Part shown: positions 27,175 through 39,970 of the stretch, one piece after another
Layout of the letters: every line of letters begins with the position of its first letter
Numbering within the stretch: the first letter of the stretch is position 1
Assembly (NCBI RefSeq): GCF_004010195.1
Contig: NC_057718.1
Coordinates: forward strand, 16,191,906-16,255,905
Origin: Chiloscyllium plagiosum
Taxonomy: Eukaryota
Direction: 5' to 3'
DNA: 64,000 nucleotides
Notes under the pieces: model-generated
What the model was told of the DNA's origin: nothing
Seen by the model: the letters and a program-made list of their open reading frames with translations, nothing else
Databases searched by the model: none
Translations under genes and position numbers: made by a program

Positions 27175-27707
27175 ATAGAGTCATAGAGTCATGGAGATGT
27201 ACAGCATCGAAACAGACCCTTCGGTCTAACCCGTCCATGCCGACCAGATATCCAAACCCAAACTAGTCCCACCTGCCAGCACCGGGCCCTCCAAACCCTT
27301 CCTATTCATATACCCATCCAATTGCCTCTTAAATGTTGCAATTGTACCAGCCTCCACCACATCCTCTGGCAGCTCATTCCATACACGTACCACCCTCTGT
27401 GTGAAAAAGTTGCGTCTTAGGTCTCTTTTATATCTTTCCCCTCTCACCCTAAACCTATGCCCTCTAGTTCTGGACTTCCCAACCCCAGGGAAAAGACTTT
27501 GTCTATTTATCCTATCCATGCCCCTCATAATTTTGTAAACCTCTATAAGGTCATGCCTTAGCCTTCGACACTCCAGGGAAAACAGCCTCAGCCTGTTCAG
27601 CCTCTCTCTGTAGCTCAGATCCCCCAACCCTGGCAACATCCTTGTAAATCTTTTCTGAACCCTTTCAAGTTTCACAACATCTTTCCGATAGGAAGGAGAC
27701 CAGAATA
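27175..27707 (-). mobile_element. Young CR1 3' fragment
   Basis: Open 161-aa C-terminus FWSPSYRKDVVKLERVQKRFTR. Confidence 0.92.
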
Positions 27708-28384
27708 TCAAAGTTGTTGATAAAGATTTTAGTCATTAATTTTTCAAAGAAAGGGAGCAAGTAAAATTAATATGGGAAAAAAAGTGTGTAGTCTTGATGG
27801 ATAAAAAGTGTCTCTGAAACTCAGCTTGGAATTGTTTGAATGTCAGTGGATTCCGTTTGGGCTAATAGTACTTGAATTATGTAGCTCTTCACTTACTGAG
27901 AAAATTGCTGTATGCTTCACAATAAATCACTAAAATTTACAGAAAAGGAGGAGGTAATTTGGTCCATTGTGTCTGTGCAGAGTTAACATTTTGAATCCGG
28001 TGACTCAGTTCTGATGAAGAGTCACCTACTTCAAAACATTAACTTTGCTGTCTTCCCACTGATGCTGCCAGACCTGACCTTATCCAGCATAGCTCCACTG
28101 AGCAGACCTAAGCAGACTCTTGAGAGTCAGCAAGGAAGAAGTGGCACCCAAAAGGATGACACCAGACAACGTCCATGTTGTGGCATTTCTGAAATGATAA
28201 TGAAATTAAAATTAATTTATTTTCCAGTGTAGGAATTTAGTTGCATAAAAATATATTTCATCTTGAAAAGTAATGTTTTACGACTTCCTGCGAAGGAAGG
28301 TTTTACAGAATCAAAACTCCAGTTTTGGATGTCAGTGCTTCATTTTAGTTTTTCAGTTATAATTGCTTTTCTCAGGAAAGTAAC

Positions 28385-29013
28385 TGTTCTGGACAGACCA
28401 AATATATCATGAAGATAGCCTAGACTCTAACTTTTTCTTATTTTAAAGGCAAGTGCCAGACATTGCATTCCGGATGCAATTTGATTGGCCAAACTACCAG
28501 ATTTCAAGCAAAACACTCTTTATTCATACAGTATAGTTAAAATACAACAAAAGACAGAAGCAATTGGAATAACTTAGTTCTATTGGAAAACTTTACAGAA
28601 TAATAGACTATTTGGTTACTAAACAGTAACTGTTCCAATATAGTAACATCCCACAAATATCCCCTTGACAAATGTAAGTTCAGTAAAATAGATTGTCTCA
28701 CATGCAATTTTCCAATCCAGAAGGAAAATATCAAGAGAAAACTCAGAGAGAGTGACAATGAGTAGAAATAGACTTGGCAGCTTCCAAACCCAGCTTCAAG
28801 CCATCAGCAACAATGCTTCGGAAAAACTAAAGCTAAACATCCTGGCTCTGGGGGAGCTTGAGCCCACATATTTAGGCTGCTTCTATTGTTCCAACTTCAA
28901 AAAACAACCCAAGGCTTCGCAAGCTGTTTACTTTATTGGATTGGCCTCTGTCTTAAAACCTCTCTCTCAAAAGACTGGACAAAATACATCTCTTAAATCT
29001 TCTAATAGTCACA
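28385..29013 (-). repeat. Solo LTR of the Gmr1-like family
   Basis: TG...CA termini, homologous to 10141-10780; flanks GTAAC/GCAAC are a possible 5-bp TSD. Confidence 0.75.
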
Positions 29014-29589
29014 GCAACCCTGACTTTAAATGCCTAGAAAACCTGTATGTTTTTGTTTTTAACATATATTTTCCAGTGTTTGCTGGCTCTGCCATTTAGT
29101 CTAAAATCTTAATGCAGTACTGAAACTTGCAGAAATATTATAGGTTTATTGTTGTCAAGACAGGAAAAATGTATAGTGATCTCTGATTTAATTTGAGTTT
29201 TAAACGGGTATGATACATTTCTTTTTGCTAAGCATAGTTTGCATTTTGCTTAAAATGCAGATTGTGTTTAATAAGCGTCTTAATAAATGCCTATTCAATC
29301 TCACAGCTGTTCAGTGTTGAACATATGTTTTAAGTGAACAAACTTTCCCTACAGGTATGTTAATTAACTGAGGTTCCCCTCTACATAATGCTAATGTACA
29401 ACAGTTTTGGATGAGTTTGTTGACATACTGAACCTGCCCAAAAGATGCATTATCAAAATCCCTTACCAAAGCTGCATTGGTGACAGAAGTGTTTCCTAGT
29501 TCCAAACCACATCTGAGCTTTTCATCCCATTTATCTCGTATATTCTCTTTCGAGCTCTTTGTCCTCATTCCCTCTAATTTTATTACTTA

Positions 29590-29817
29590 GGAAATTGCGG
29601 GATCACATTTTGATCCACACATTTGGATGCAAAGTCCAGGCTGACAGTTGGCCACTCCATTCCATCCCTTAGACCAACATCTTTGAACACATTATCTGGA
29701 CATTATTACTTTGCTTTGTGCAAATTGGCTTCTCCTTTATAACAGTGATGACATTTCAAAACATCTTAGCTAAGAACTCGTGTAGCATGTTTTGAAGTCA
29801 CTGATGGATGTATATGA
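29590..29817 (+). mobile_element. Decayed SacSINE-like (DeuSINE) fragment
   Basis: tgctttgtgcaaattggct..acagtgatgacatttcaaaa Deu-domain and tail remnant. Confidence 0.45.
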
Positions 29818-30246
29818 CTTTTGCCCTACAGTAGGATTTGATTACAATGTGGCTCACAACTGATTGTTGTTGTGCTGCTCTGAGTGCTACTGTTTTGGAA
29901 TTCTTTAAAGATAAAATAATGTATTGAAAGTAATTTGGAAATGAGTATGTGTATCAGATGTTCAAAGAGAAAAGCAACAAATGAGAATTTCATATTTCAC
30001 TACAGATTAAACTAAATTGTCCTGCACTTTGTCCAAATTTTTGGATATAGTATGTTAAACAAACAAATGTTGGGAATGAGAGTTTAATTCAAGGTAGAAA
30101 TAGACTTGGCAGTTTGTAATTACTTTGAAGAATTTGCTCTCATAATTTAGTTTTAAAAGTCTGGCCTGATTTTCAATTTGCAAATAATTCAGTAAACACA
30201 AAATCAAATAATTACAGTATAAGGAATTGTGTTTTTAAATATTTAG

Positions 30247-31666
30247 TGGTAAGTATTCAAATTAGCTCGCTTAGCTTGAAGGTTTGATTTCAGATGTTTC
30301 GTCACCATACTCAGTAACATCATCAGTGAGAGTCTCTGGTGAAGCGCTGGTGGTATGTCCCACCTCTGTTTTTATAGGTCTTGGTTTTTAAGGTGGGTGA
30401 TGTCATTTCTGGTTCTTTTTTTTCAAGGGATGGTAGACTGATTTAGATTGAATGCATGTCTTTGTTTCACCTGTCCTCGGATGTGTGTGTTGTCCCAATT
30501 AAAATGGTGTAATTCTTTGTTTGTATGTATAGAAACTCATTATAGTGGGTCATGTCGTTTGGTGGCCAGTTGGTGTTCATGTATCTGGTGGCAAGTTTCC
30601 TGCTAGTTTGTTTTTACAGTTCTTGCATGGAATCTTGTCAATGATGTTAGTTTTGCTGGTGGTATGTAATGGATCTTTGAGGTTAATTATTCGCTGCTTA
30701 AATGTGTTGGTACGTTTGTGGAATACCATGATGCTGAGGGGTCTGAGTAGTCTGGAAGGTATTTCTGATATGTCTTTGATGTAAGGTAATGTGACTATAG
30801 TTTTTTGGTTGTGTTGTATCCGCTTATTTGGGTTTGTTTCTGAGGAATCGGCAGATTGTGTTTATCATCAAGACATTATTTCAACAAGCTACATCACACA
30901 GCAGCACCCAAGAACTACAAAAAGCAAAACAAGAGTATCTGTACAATGTTTTCAAGAAAAATGGGTACCCAATAAACACAATCTGTCGATTCCTCAGAAA
31001 CAAACCCAAACAAGCAGACACAACGCAACCAAAAACTATGGCCACATTACCTTACATCAAAGACGTATCAGAAATGACTTTCAGACTACTCAGACCCCTT
31101 AGCACCATAGTAACCCACAAACCTTCCAACACACTTAAACAGTGACGAATGAACCTAAAGGATCAATTAAATACCACCAGAAAAAGTAACGTCATTTACA
31201 AGATACCATGCAAGAAGAATAAAAAAACCACCACATTGGATAAACTAGCAGGAAACTTGCCACCAGGATACATGTACACCAACTGACCACCAAAAGTCAT
31301 GACCCACCATCACTAGTTTTTATACATATAGACAAAGAGAGACAACACACACATCCTAGTACAGGTGAAACAAAGACACGAGAATACTTAGAGGCATGGC
31401 ATTCCAACCAGAACTCCATCAATAAACACATAATTTAGATCCTATCTACCTTCCCTTGAAAAAAAACTGGAAATGACATCACCCACGTTAAGAAACCAAG
31501 ACCTATAAATACAGAGGTGGGACATACCACCAGTACTTCACCGGAGACACTCACTGATGATGTTACCTAGTATGATGACAAAACATGTGAAAACAAACAT
31601 TCAAGCACAGCGAGTTAACTTACATACTTAGCATCAACCTGAACTACAAATCTTTTCAAAAATCGC
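30247..31666 (+). mobile_element. Penelope-like element (Penelope/Poseidon-type) with a long inverted arm
   Basis: FKKNGYP, TLPYIKD.SE, IYKIPCK..HIG.T..KLATRIH and LEAWHS motifs. 30247-30865 is inverted relative to 30972-31633. TSD TATTTAG at 30240-30246 and 31667-31673. Confidence 0.9.
30290..30329 (-). ncRNA. Minimal hammerhead ribozyme motif
   Basis: Minus strand TCA-CTGATGA-T-GTTAC..GTGAC-GAAA-CA-TC-TGA; stems I and II pair. A degenerate mirror copy lies at about 31551-31590. Confidence 0.7.
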
Positions 31667-33201
31667 TATTTAGCTAGTTTCAGATTTGTGTTTAGATTAT
31701 TCTAAATAAGATAAATGATTTTCTTATTTCATATCGTGGTTCAGTAGTATTCTGTGGCAGAGATATGTTGCTGCATATAAGTCAGCAGTTTGAAGTTGGG
31801 ATTACTTTATAGGCAGGGGTCAACATTTTGCATATATGAGTAATTTAGAACTAAGGCTGTTGCCTTTTATCATACTGCATTTAAAATCTGTTCATTTTTG
31901 AACTAAATGCCCACCTCCCATTGATTACATTTATACCTTGAACCCAGAGGTAAAGTGACACTGTTCTGACTGACTACTCCACCTTATCCTCTGTAAAAGC
32001 TGTTGATACTTCTTTTTGACTTGTTGTAGTCAGTAAAACTTTGTTATTGAAACTGAAATATGATTTTGAACACTAAATGTCTGCAAATAGTCATTTTAAA
32101 GATCTTGTAAGATTCTAGAATTGTTTGTAATTTCTGTTTTACTTTGGAGTTGGTAGCAAAATTAGTTTTCTAATTTAGAAAAACTTATTTCTGTATGTAC
32201 TCTTGTAGAAATGGTTATTTTCAATCTTTGTGGAATTGTCTCAACAATTATTCTAATATTGAAGTATTTCTGTACTCACTATTGCTCCACATTGTGTCGC
32301 AGATTGATTGTCCTGATGTTTTTACTCATGTTGCACTGTTGTCCTTTAAGCATAATTCACACAGTCATCAAGATATCTTTTTAAAACAAAATGACTTTAT
32401 GAAATGCTGCTTGATTGTGCTGGTTTGTGGCAGATTTTGTATTTGGTGATATGTAAATTAATTTGGAGGCAAACTTCTCAAAACCGATCCTGTACTATTC
32501 TAGTCTGAACTTGTGCAAAATAAGCCTTTAATGTCGGTATAGACTTTAAGGTTTATCTTCTGTGCTTTCATTTTCCTGAACAGTGAAATGCCCCGATGTA
32601 TTGATTTTCTGCCTATATATGGTAAAACGATGCTATGACTATTTAAACTGTGAAATCTCAACATGCTATTTGTTGACCTTTTAGTCTGAATGGTTAGAAT
32701 GAGAGTTGAAAATGACTACCAGCCTGGTCACTCATCAACGATGGAGGTGATGATTTCTGTAGCATCTGATGATTTAAAAAAGGAATTGGGGTGAGGCCTA
32801 AAGTTTGGTTGGGATTCTGATAAGCATTCTGCAAAGAAAAATTTAAATGATTTTACATTGAATCTTATCTTGTACTTCTGATGATCTTCATGGAGAAAAG
32901 GTATTAAATTGATGTTTCATCTGCCAGTTCTATTTCAGGTGCATCAGGCAAGATTACTTGCAACATTTTCATTGATTTAGGCTGGGACCCTAGGTTTGAT
33001 ATGAGTTCAATGAGGAAAATAGAAAGAAACCTGTGAATGGTCTCCTATGCTTCCAGTGCTGTTTACTTTCATCAGAAAGGAAAACCTAAACACTGCTAAT
33101 TGGAGATTCTGTCAATTTAAAGAGATTCAAAGTTTGTGCGAAGATTTGTAGCTCGGGTGCTCGTTGTTGTGGTTTTGTTCGCCGAGCTGGAAGTTTTTGT
33201 T

Positions 33202-33241
33202 GCAAACGTTTCGTCCCCTGGCTAGGCGACATCATCAGTGC
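33202..33241 (-). ncRNA. Minimal hammerhead ribozyme motif (mirror copy)
   Basis: Exact reverse complement of 35965-36004. Confidence 0.72.
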
Positions 33242-34489
33242 TTGGGAGCCTCCTGCGAAGCGCTTCTTTGATGTCTCCTCCCCACTGAGGGGAGATGGAG
33301 TCGGAGGAAATGTAACTACTGTACACGTATGAATGTACAAGTGTTAATGATAGGGAACAATGCATGCAGGGGAATGTTGGTAATGCTTCTGAAAGGGTTA
33401 ATGCTGGCATGTATAAATGCCGATGTCCTAAGGACTTAGATGGGGAAAGGCAGAAGAGCTCTTTATCTTGAAGGTTTTAAGACCTACCATCTAGGTACCC
33501 CCCCCGCTCCCCCTCCCCAGCCTCTGTAACAATATCTATCCCACTAACTCACTGGTACCTGGTTACTATAATGCAATAAACAGAAAAGCTATAATGTTTT
33601 TAGACCACCAGGTGGTTTCTCTCTACCAGTTGACCAAACAGTCCCTATAGGTCCCTACCCAAAAGGAAGATGTGGCAACCAAAGCACCGTCCGGTGGTCA
33701 AGAATCCTGTTAGCTCATACATGAAGATGCCAGTAGCATTTGGCTGGAAGTAATTTAGCTGTACCACTGCAACAGAAGAGGCTCAGTTGACTGCAGGGAA
33801 AGACAGATCAGACCGTCCTGGTTTTAATGGGATCATCTCATAATAAGGGCATTTCCCAGTGCCCCAGGCTGTTTGTTTCTGCAATGGCCTAGGTTCTGTA
33901 GATTCAAAGCCCATCACAACAGGAGAGTACTTTGAAGATTATATGTGCAGTACACATCTACAGTTGTATTACACTGTCCTCCTGTAATACTGCCCTGCTC
34001 ACAGTATATGGACAGCAGCCCCCTCTCACGCTGACCAACCCCTGGAAAAAAACCACCTTAACTAAACCCACTCACCAGCACCACTCCTCAATCATGTCAA
34101 GTCATCCCTTATGAAATCTCAGTTAATAGATGTGAAGCTGGAAGAGCACAGCAGGTCAGATAACATCCAGGAGCAGTAAAGTCAATGTTTCCGGCCAAAT
34201 TCCTTCATCAGGCTGGCCCGAGGCTATGGGTTTTGATAACTCCATGGTCTGATTATATAACCTCAGAGACAAGAGGCAGAGCTGTTCACTGCTGACTGCA
34301 GGAGTTGTTAACTAGATTGAGAAAAGCTCCACTCTTTAGCCTGTGTGAAATGAGATCTCCAAAGGAGATTTACTGGAATCAATGCTCCGTGATAAATTTT
34401 GTCTGTCAGCTCATGGGACTAAGTTGCGACTTACAAAGACAAAGTATTGCTGCTTGAATCACGTTTTATTTACAGGCCTGTTGACATTT

Positions 34490-34845
34490 TAAACAAAAGA
34501 CTTGCATTGGTAGTGCACTCTTCTTGACCTCAAGATATCCCAAGGCACTTTAACAACCAATTCAAGAAGTGTAGTCACAAGTGAGGGAAAGGCAGTCAGT
34601 CTATGCACAGGAGGATCCCAAAAACAACAATGAGATAGTAACACCTGCTTTAGGTAGTGGTTGATGTTGGTCCAGGAGAGGGATGGGCATCTCATCCTAA
34701 AGATAACAGCGCTGACATGCACAACACCTGCAATGCACCACTTTAATACGTGCCTGGATTATGTCGTATGTGCTCATTGGAGGGGGACTCAAAGCCACAA
34801 TCGTCTGACTCCGGATGTGGAAATGCTGGCAACTGAGTTACATCA
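34490..34845 (-). mobile_element. Decayed SacSINE-like DeuSINE
   Basis: gacttgcatt..tcccaaggcacttt..gaagtgtagtcac tail, Deu domain and tRNA head remnant. Confidence 0.6.
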
Positions 34846-35340
34846 TACCAAGGGAGCCCTGGACCTGTCTGAGTGAGAGGGAAATGGCTGCAGAGCTCAA
34901 TATGAGGGGAAGTAATATGGAGGCTAGAATTTGAAGAGGTCAAGTAAATTGTGTCATACACGATATTAATGTGTCGGAGACTGCAAGGAGGAAGAGTTAA
35001 TATCAATGCAGGGAGAGCATGGAGGAGAAACATAAAAGAAAAACTAATAAGTTCAAGGCTGAAAGCTGAATCTGAGCTCAAGGATATTAGAGTCATAGAG
35101 TTATACAGCATAGAAACAGACCCTTCGGTCTAACTCGTCCATATAATATAGAACCTAGAACAGTACAGCCAATGATGTTGCACCGAACACAATGCCAAAT
35201 TAAACTAATTCCCTCTGCCTGCCCTTGGTCCATATCCCTCCATTCCTTGCATATTCATGTGCCGATGTAAAAGTTTCTTAAATGCCCTATCTGCCTCCAC
35301 CACCACCTCTAACAGTGCATTCCAGACTCCTACCACTCTC

Positions 35341-35672
35341 TGGCTCAGTGGTTAGCACTGCTGCCTCACAGCACCAAGGATCTGGGTTTGATTCCAGCCT
35401 CGGGTGACTGTCTGACTGGAGTTTGCACATTCTCCCCGTGTCTGCGTGACTTTCCTCTGGGTGCTCTGGTTTCCTCCTACAATCCAAAGATGTGCAGGTT
35501 AGGGCAATTAGCCGTACTAAATTGCCCATTGTGTTCAGGGATGTGTAAGTTAGGTGCATTAGTCTGAGGTAAATGTAGAATAATAGGGTCTGGGTGGGTT
35601 ACTCTTTGGAGGGTCAGATTGGACTTGTTGGGCCAAATGGCCTGTTTGCACACTGTTAAGGATTTTATGATT
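35341..35672 (+). mobile_element. HE1 SINE nested in a minus-strand CR1 3' fragment (about 35150-35731)
   Basis: TGGCTCAGTGGTTAGCACTG head and HE1 body. Confidence 0.88.
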
Positions 35673-35964
35673 CTATCTCCTTTGAGCTTTCCCCCTCTCA
35701 CCTTGAATGCATGCCCCCTAGTTTTAGGCATTTAATTCGACTGGGACAACACTACTATCATAGGGCAAGCCAGACAGAGAACAGCCAGGGAATTCCTAGA
35801 GGCATGGCATTCATCCACAAACTCCATCAACAAACACATCGACCTGGACCCAATATACCAACCACTACAGCGGACATCTGAAATTGACAACCGGAAGCGG
35901 CAGGGACAGACCACTATAAACACCGGAGGAAACATCAAAGAAGCGCTTCGCAGGAGGCTCCCAA

Positions 35965-36004
35965 GCACTGATGATGTCGCCTAGCCAGGGGACGAAACGT
36001 TTGC
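35965..36004 (+). ncRNA. Minimal hammerhead ribozyme motif
   Basis: GCA-CTGATGA-T-GTCGCC TAGCCA GGGGAC-GAAA-CG-TT-TGC; stem I is GCA/TGC. Confidence 0.72.
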
Positions 36005-37149
36005 AACAAAAACTTCCAGCTCGGCGAACAGAACCACAACATTTAAAGAGATATTAACTATCCCATCAGATTCTTTTTCAGAAGGATCAGACAACTTTCT
36101 ACTTAAAACAATTGTACTGACAGTCTGGGGCATGTTCCTGTTTTTTAAACTCTTTATTGTGACTGAATTAAAGGAAATTCTACAAACCTAAATGAGGACA
36201 GAATTACCTACTTTTTGGCAATCGATTTTCTAGACGTGTTATTTTCAGAAGAGTCTTTGTGCCAAATTGAAGGAGAGCTTCATTTTGCCATGAAAATTTA
36301 CAAGGACAGGATTCCTTTTCTGGTTCTTCTGACTGCTTTGTAGGACACAAACCTGTACAATGAGCTTTGGTCCAGTGTTCTTTACATAAATTAATTTCCT
36401 CTTTCTATCTTCTAATGAATAGACCTCTTCTTGACAGTTTTACTTAATTCAGTTGTTTAATGTTACGATTCAGACCTAAGTCTTATTTTTAATAACTTGT
36501 CATTTTTTCCCAAGAAGGAATGCCCATAGTTAAGGTGGTGCTAAGAGATTTATTCTTCCATATTGTTGTTCACTGCTGAATTTCTTCCACAAAATTAAAT
36601 GTAGTATGCTTAATTTATTATCTTGAAATTGTAACTTCCTTACATTTCCAATCATTGTACCTCCATCACATCAACTGGATTCTTTGTTGTTCATTCAATA
36701 TTTGTCTGCAAGAGTTCAATTTCCATCATCATAAGGATACATTGTGGTTGAAAGACTTCTCCTGGGAAGTTATATGTATATATTTTAAAAATGCCCATTA
36801 ATATTTATTTAAAATCTTACAGGTTTCTCAGTTACTGCTGGAAAAATATTTTCACTCTTCCTAGACACTGCTTCTGCTGTCCTTCTTAAATGTAGCCATG
36901 TCATTTGATTTTTCCAGAACCGTGTCACCATCAATTGTAACTTTCTCAATGCTCCTACTTGTTGCATCAATATCCCAATAGTAATATTAATTGTCAGTTT
37001 CTCCAGCACCCAATATGTAATTTGAATCCAGCCTTTTGTTATCTTGCCTACTTGCAACTTGGAGCATCTTCCTCACTGTTTTTCTTTTTGTTGAAGCTTC
37101 AGAAGCAAGTGAGGGATTAAGACATGAAATTATTATTTAAGGCATGAGT

Positions 37150-38397
37150 AATGCAAAAGGTAAGTATGGAGGTACAGCAAATAATAAGGAAAGACAATAG
37201 AAAATTATAATCTGTTGAGAGGGGAACTGAATTCAAAAAGTAGGACGATTATGCTTTTGTTACACAGTGCTTTGGTGAGACCACACCTACAATACTGTGT
37301 TCAGTACTGTTCACCCTTCTTAAAGAATGCACTATAAGCAGTTCAGAGAAGGTTTACTAGACTATTCCCAGGAATGTGCTAGTTTTCTTATGAGGCAATG
37401 TTGGACAGGCTAAGCTTATCTCCATTAGAGTTTGGAAGAGTAAGAGGCGACTTAATTGAAACGTGTGGTGTCTTAACAATAGACAGTAGACAATAGGTGC
37501 AGGAGTAGGCCATTCTGCCCTTCGAGCCTGCATCACCATTCAATATGATCATGGCTGATCATCCTTAATCAGTATCATGTCCCTGCTTTATCTCCATAAC
37601 CCTTGATTCCACAATCCTTGAGAGCTCTATCCAACTCTTTCTTAAATGAATTCAGAGACTGGGCCTCCACTGCCCTCTGGGGCAGAGCATTCCACACAGC
37701 CACCACTCTCTGGGTGAAGAAGTTTCTCCTCATCTCTGTCCTAAATGGTCTACCCCGTATTTTAAAGCTGTGTCCTCTGGTTTCTCACCAGGGCCCTGTA
37801 CAGCTTCAGAAGAACCTCTTTGCTTCCATACTCAATCCCTCTTGTTATGAAGGCCAGCATGCTATTAGCCTTCTTCACTACCTGCTGTACTTGCATGCTT
37901 ACCTTTATTGACTGGTGTACAAGAACAAGTTGGATGTGGAAAGGATGTGTCTCATAGAATTGAGAACTAGGGATCGGCTGTTTTAAAATAGAGTTGAGAC
38001 TCTTTTTCCCTTGGAGGGTCACAGGTCTTAGGAACTCTATCTGAAAAGGTGAAGGAAGCACAGTCCTTGAGTATTTTTAAGAAACTAGTGGATACATTTT
38101 TGGAGAAACTCTGGTCTGGTAGCATCTCCAGGGGAGAAATGTTTCAGAGTTAATGTTTCAAGCCTGGTATGAATTCTTCAGAATGAAGCATTCTCTTTAG
38201 TTGTTTTCAGATTTGCAGATCTGTAATATCTTGCCTTTATTATATCTATAGTGGAAAAATTCTTTTTAAGCAAGTGTGTGAAAGAATATTGGTAATAGTG
38301 GAGATTTGAGGTTACAGTCAGATGAGCTATGATCTTTTAAATGGCAGAGCAGGCTACAGGGACTGAATGGCCTACCCTTGTTCCTTATTCATATGTT
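37150..38397. mobile_element. Old + strand CR1 with a nested young - strand CR1 (about 37475-37925) and a PLE mini element (about 38100-38235)
   Basis: LVRPHLQYCVQY on the plus strand; KVSMQVQQVVKKANSML on the minus strand. Confidence 0.78.
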
Positions 38398-39069
38398 GGG
38401 CTTTCGACTTTAAACCAGTGGTACAGATCGCATTAAATTTTCCACACAATGCACATGATTCCAAGAGTTAGAGCCAGGAAATATCTCAAACACTCCTACA
38501 ATAAAAATACCCTGTGATATTCTTAGTTTCAGTCACTGAGTAAACTTGATATATTTTCTGTTATATGTTTTAGTCTCTTAGTTTTTCATAATGTTGCTTG
38601 TATGTACACAAAAATCTATTGATTGGCTCCCAACAAGCAATGTCAGAGGAGCTTCATTAATTTATTTATGAAGAAGAGGTCCGATTTTTGTATTTAGGGA
38701 TACTGGATTTACAGTTACAGGAAAGTACAGAGTAAACTTTGTTGATGCATCCCTAATCAAACATTCTAATGCATTTTGCAGTCTGTTTTTGCAGGTGAAC
38801 TTGAAAAGTGTTTACCTTTTGTTTCTTAAGCTATTCTAGCTCCAGAAAAACTTGCCAAGCCAAACACACTAGCATAACACTAGCAAAATAGTAGATTCAA
38901 ATAAGATTCCAAACACTTAATAAATTGATCATTCCTTGCAGGGTTCTACTGACCATGATGCACCTGACCCCTCCCCAATGGGAAAAGCTGAGGATGTACA
39001 GGTAACCATCAATTCACAGTACTAAATGTGACAAAGGCTGACTCCTGTCCTGGTGGTCACCTACCCTAT

Positions 39070-39535
39070 ATAAATTTAAACTAATCCAAAACTTTGCCTG
39101 TATCCTAATCATGCCATGTTCTGTTTGTCCATCACCCCACTGTTTGCTGGCTGATATTGATTTCCAGTCCAGCAACTCAAATTTAAGATTGTCATCATCG
39201 TTTTAAATTTCCTCCAATAATCTCATCTTTGCCCTACTGTGTAACCTCCTTCAGCTCTTTAATTATTTATAAGCAATTTCCAACCTCTTCTGTTGCCCAG
39301 TTTTAGTTGTTCTGCCATTGCAGTAATGTCTGCATCTGCTTGGACTCTAAGCATCAGGAGTTACCTTCCTATTTTCTTTACCTCTCCATCTTCACAATGG
39401 AGTTTAAAACTGGTCTGTTTGAAGCTCATTTGATTTTGTTTTGTGTTTTGGAGTGAAATTTTAATAGATAATGTTCCGTTGATGTGCTTTGGAACAGTTT
39501 ACTATGCTCATAGTGCTTTATCAATTCAAGTTGTT
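39070..39535 (+). mobile_element. L2 LINE 3' fragment
   Basis: Decayed LIQN..ITPL.A.L.W.PV.Q.LKFKI C-terminal motif and L2-type tail. Confidence 0.6.
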
Positions 39536-39782
39536 TTTTGGTACTCGAAGTATGAAGAGGCTTGTATTATCTGCTTTGGGTTATTCTGGATAACTGTGAC
39601 AGACTACAGAAAATAAGGACTAATATTAACTGCCTTGCGTTACTCTGGGTAAACTATGATTGGCTATTTTCAGTTGCCCATCACTATGCTTCAAGACATC
39701 TATTGACTAGCCTATCTATCCATCAGTAGGGATTCAGTTGACAGCCATTTGTTCATCCACAGCCAATGACCCTAAAAGTGTG

Positions 39783-39970
39783 TAGGAGAAAGTGAGGACT
39801 GCAGATCGGAGTCAAGTGTGTGGTGCTGGAAAAGCACAACCGGTCAGGTAACATCTGAGGAGCAGGAGAATCGATGTTTTTGATGAAGCGGGCTTTTGCC
39901 TGAAATGTCAATTCTCCTGCTCCTCGCATGCTGCCTGACCGGCTGTGCTTTTCCAGCACCACAGTCTCGC
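39783..39970. mobile_element. Fold-back PLE mini element inserted in a minus-strand tRNA-SINE (head at about 40070-40157)
   Basis: Inverted pLTR arms around TGATGA..GGGC TTTT GCCT GAAA; TSD CCCTAAAAGT(G/A)TG at 39770-39782 and 39971-39983. Confidence 0.82.

Larger units (their letters stand above)
33127..36040. mobile_element. Composite PLE insertion: inverted PLE termini enclosing about 2.4 kb of non-PLE DNA
   Basis: 33165-33281 is the reverse complement of 35925-36041 (2 mismatches). GIY-YIG C-terminus FDWDNTTIIGQ..REFLEAWHS starts at 35732. TSD ATTTAAAGAGAT at 33115-33126 and 36041-36052. Confidence 0.8.

Noticed and set aside
32570..32796. Possible host exons (acceptor ctgaacag at about 32583; open stretch MRVENDYQPG..KKELG then gtgag)
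   Set aside because: The splice signals are plausible, but the peptides are not recognisable and there is no supporting neighbouring exon. Transcript data would be needed.
37097..37165. Exon-like segment with a polypyrimidine acceptor and AAG|GTAAGT donor
   Set aside because: Stops in all three frames, and the donor lies within CR1 sequence.
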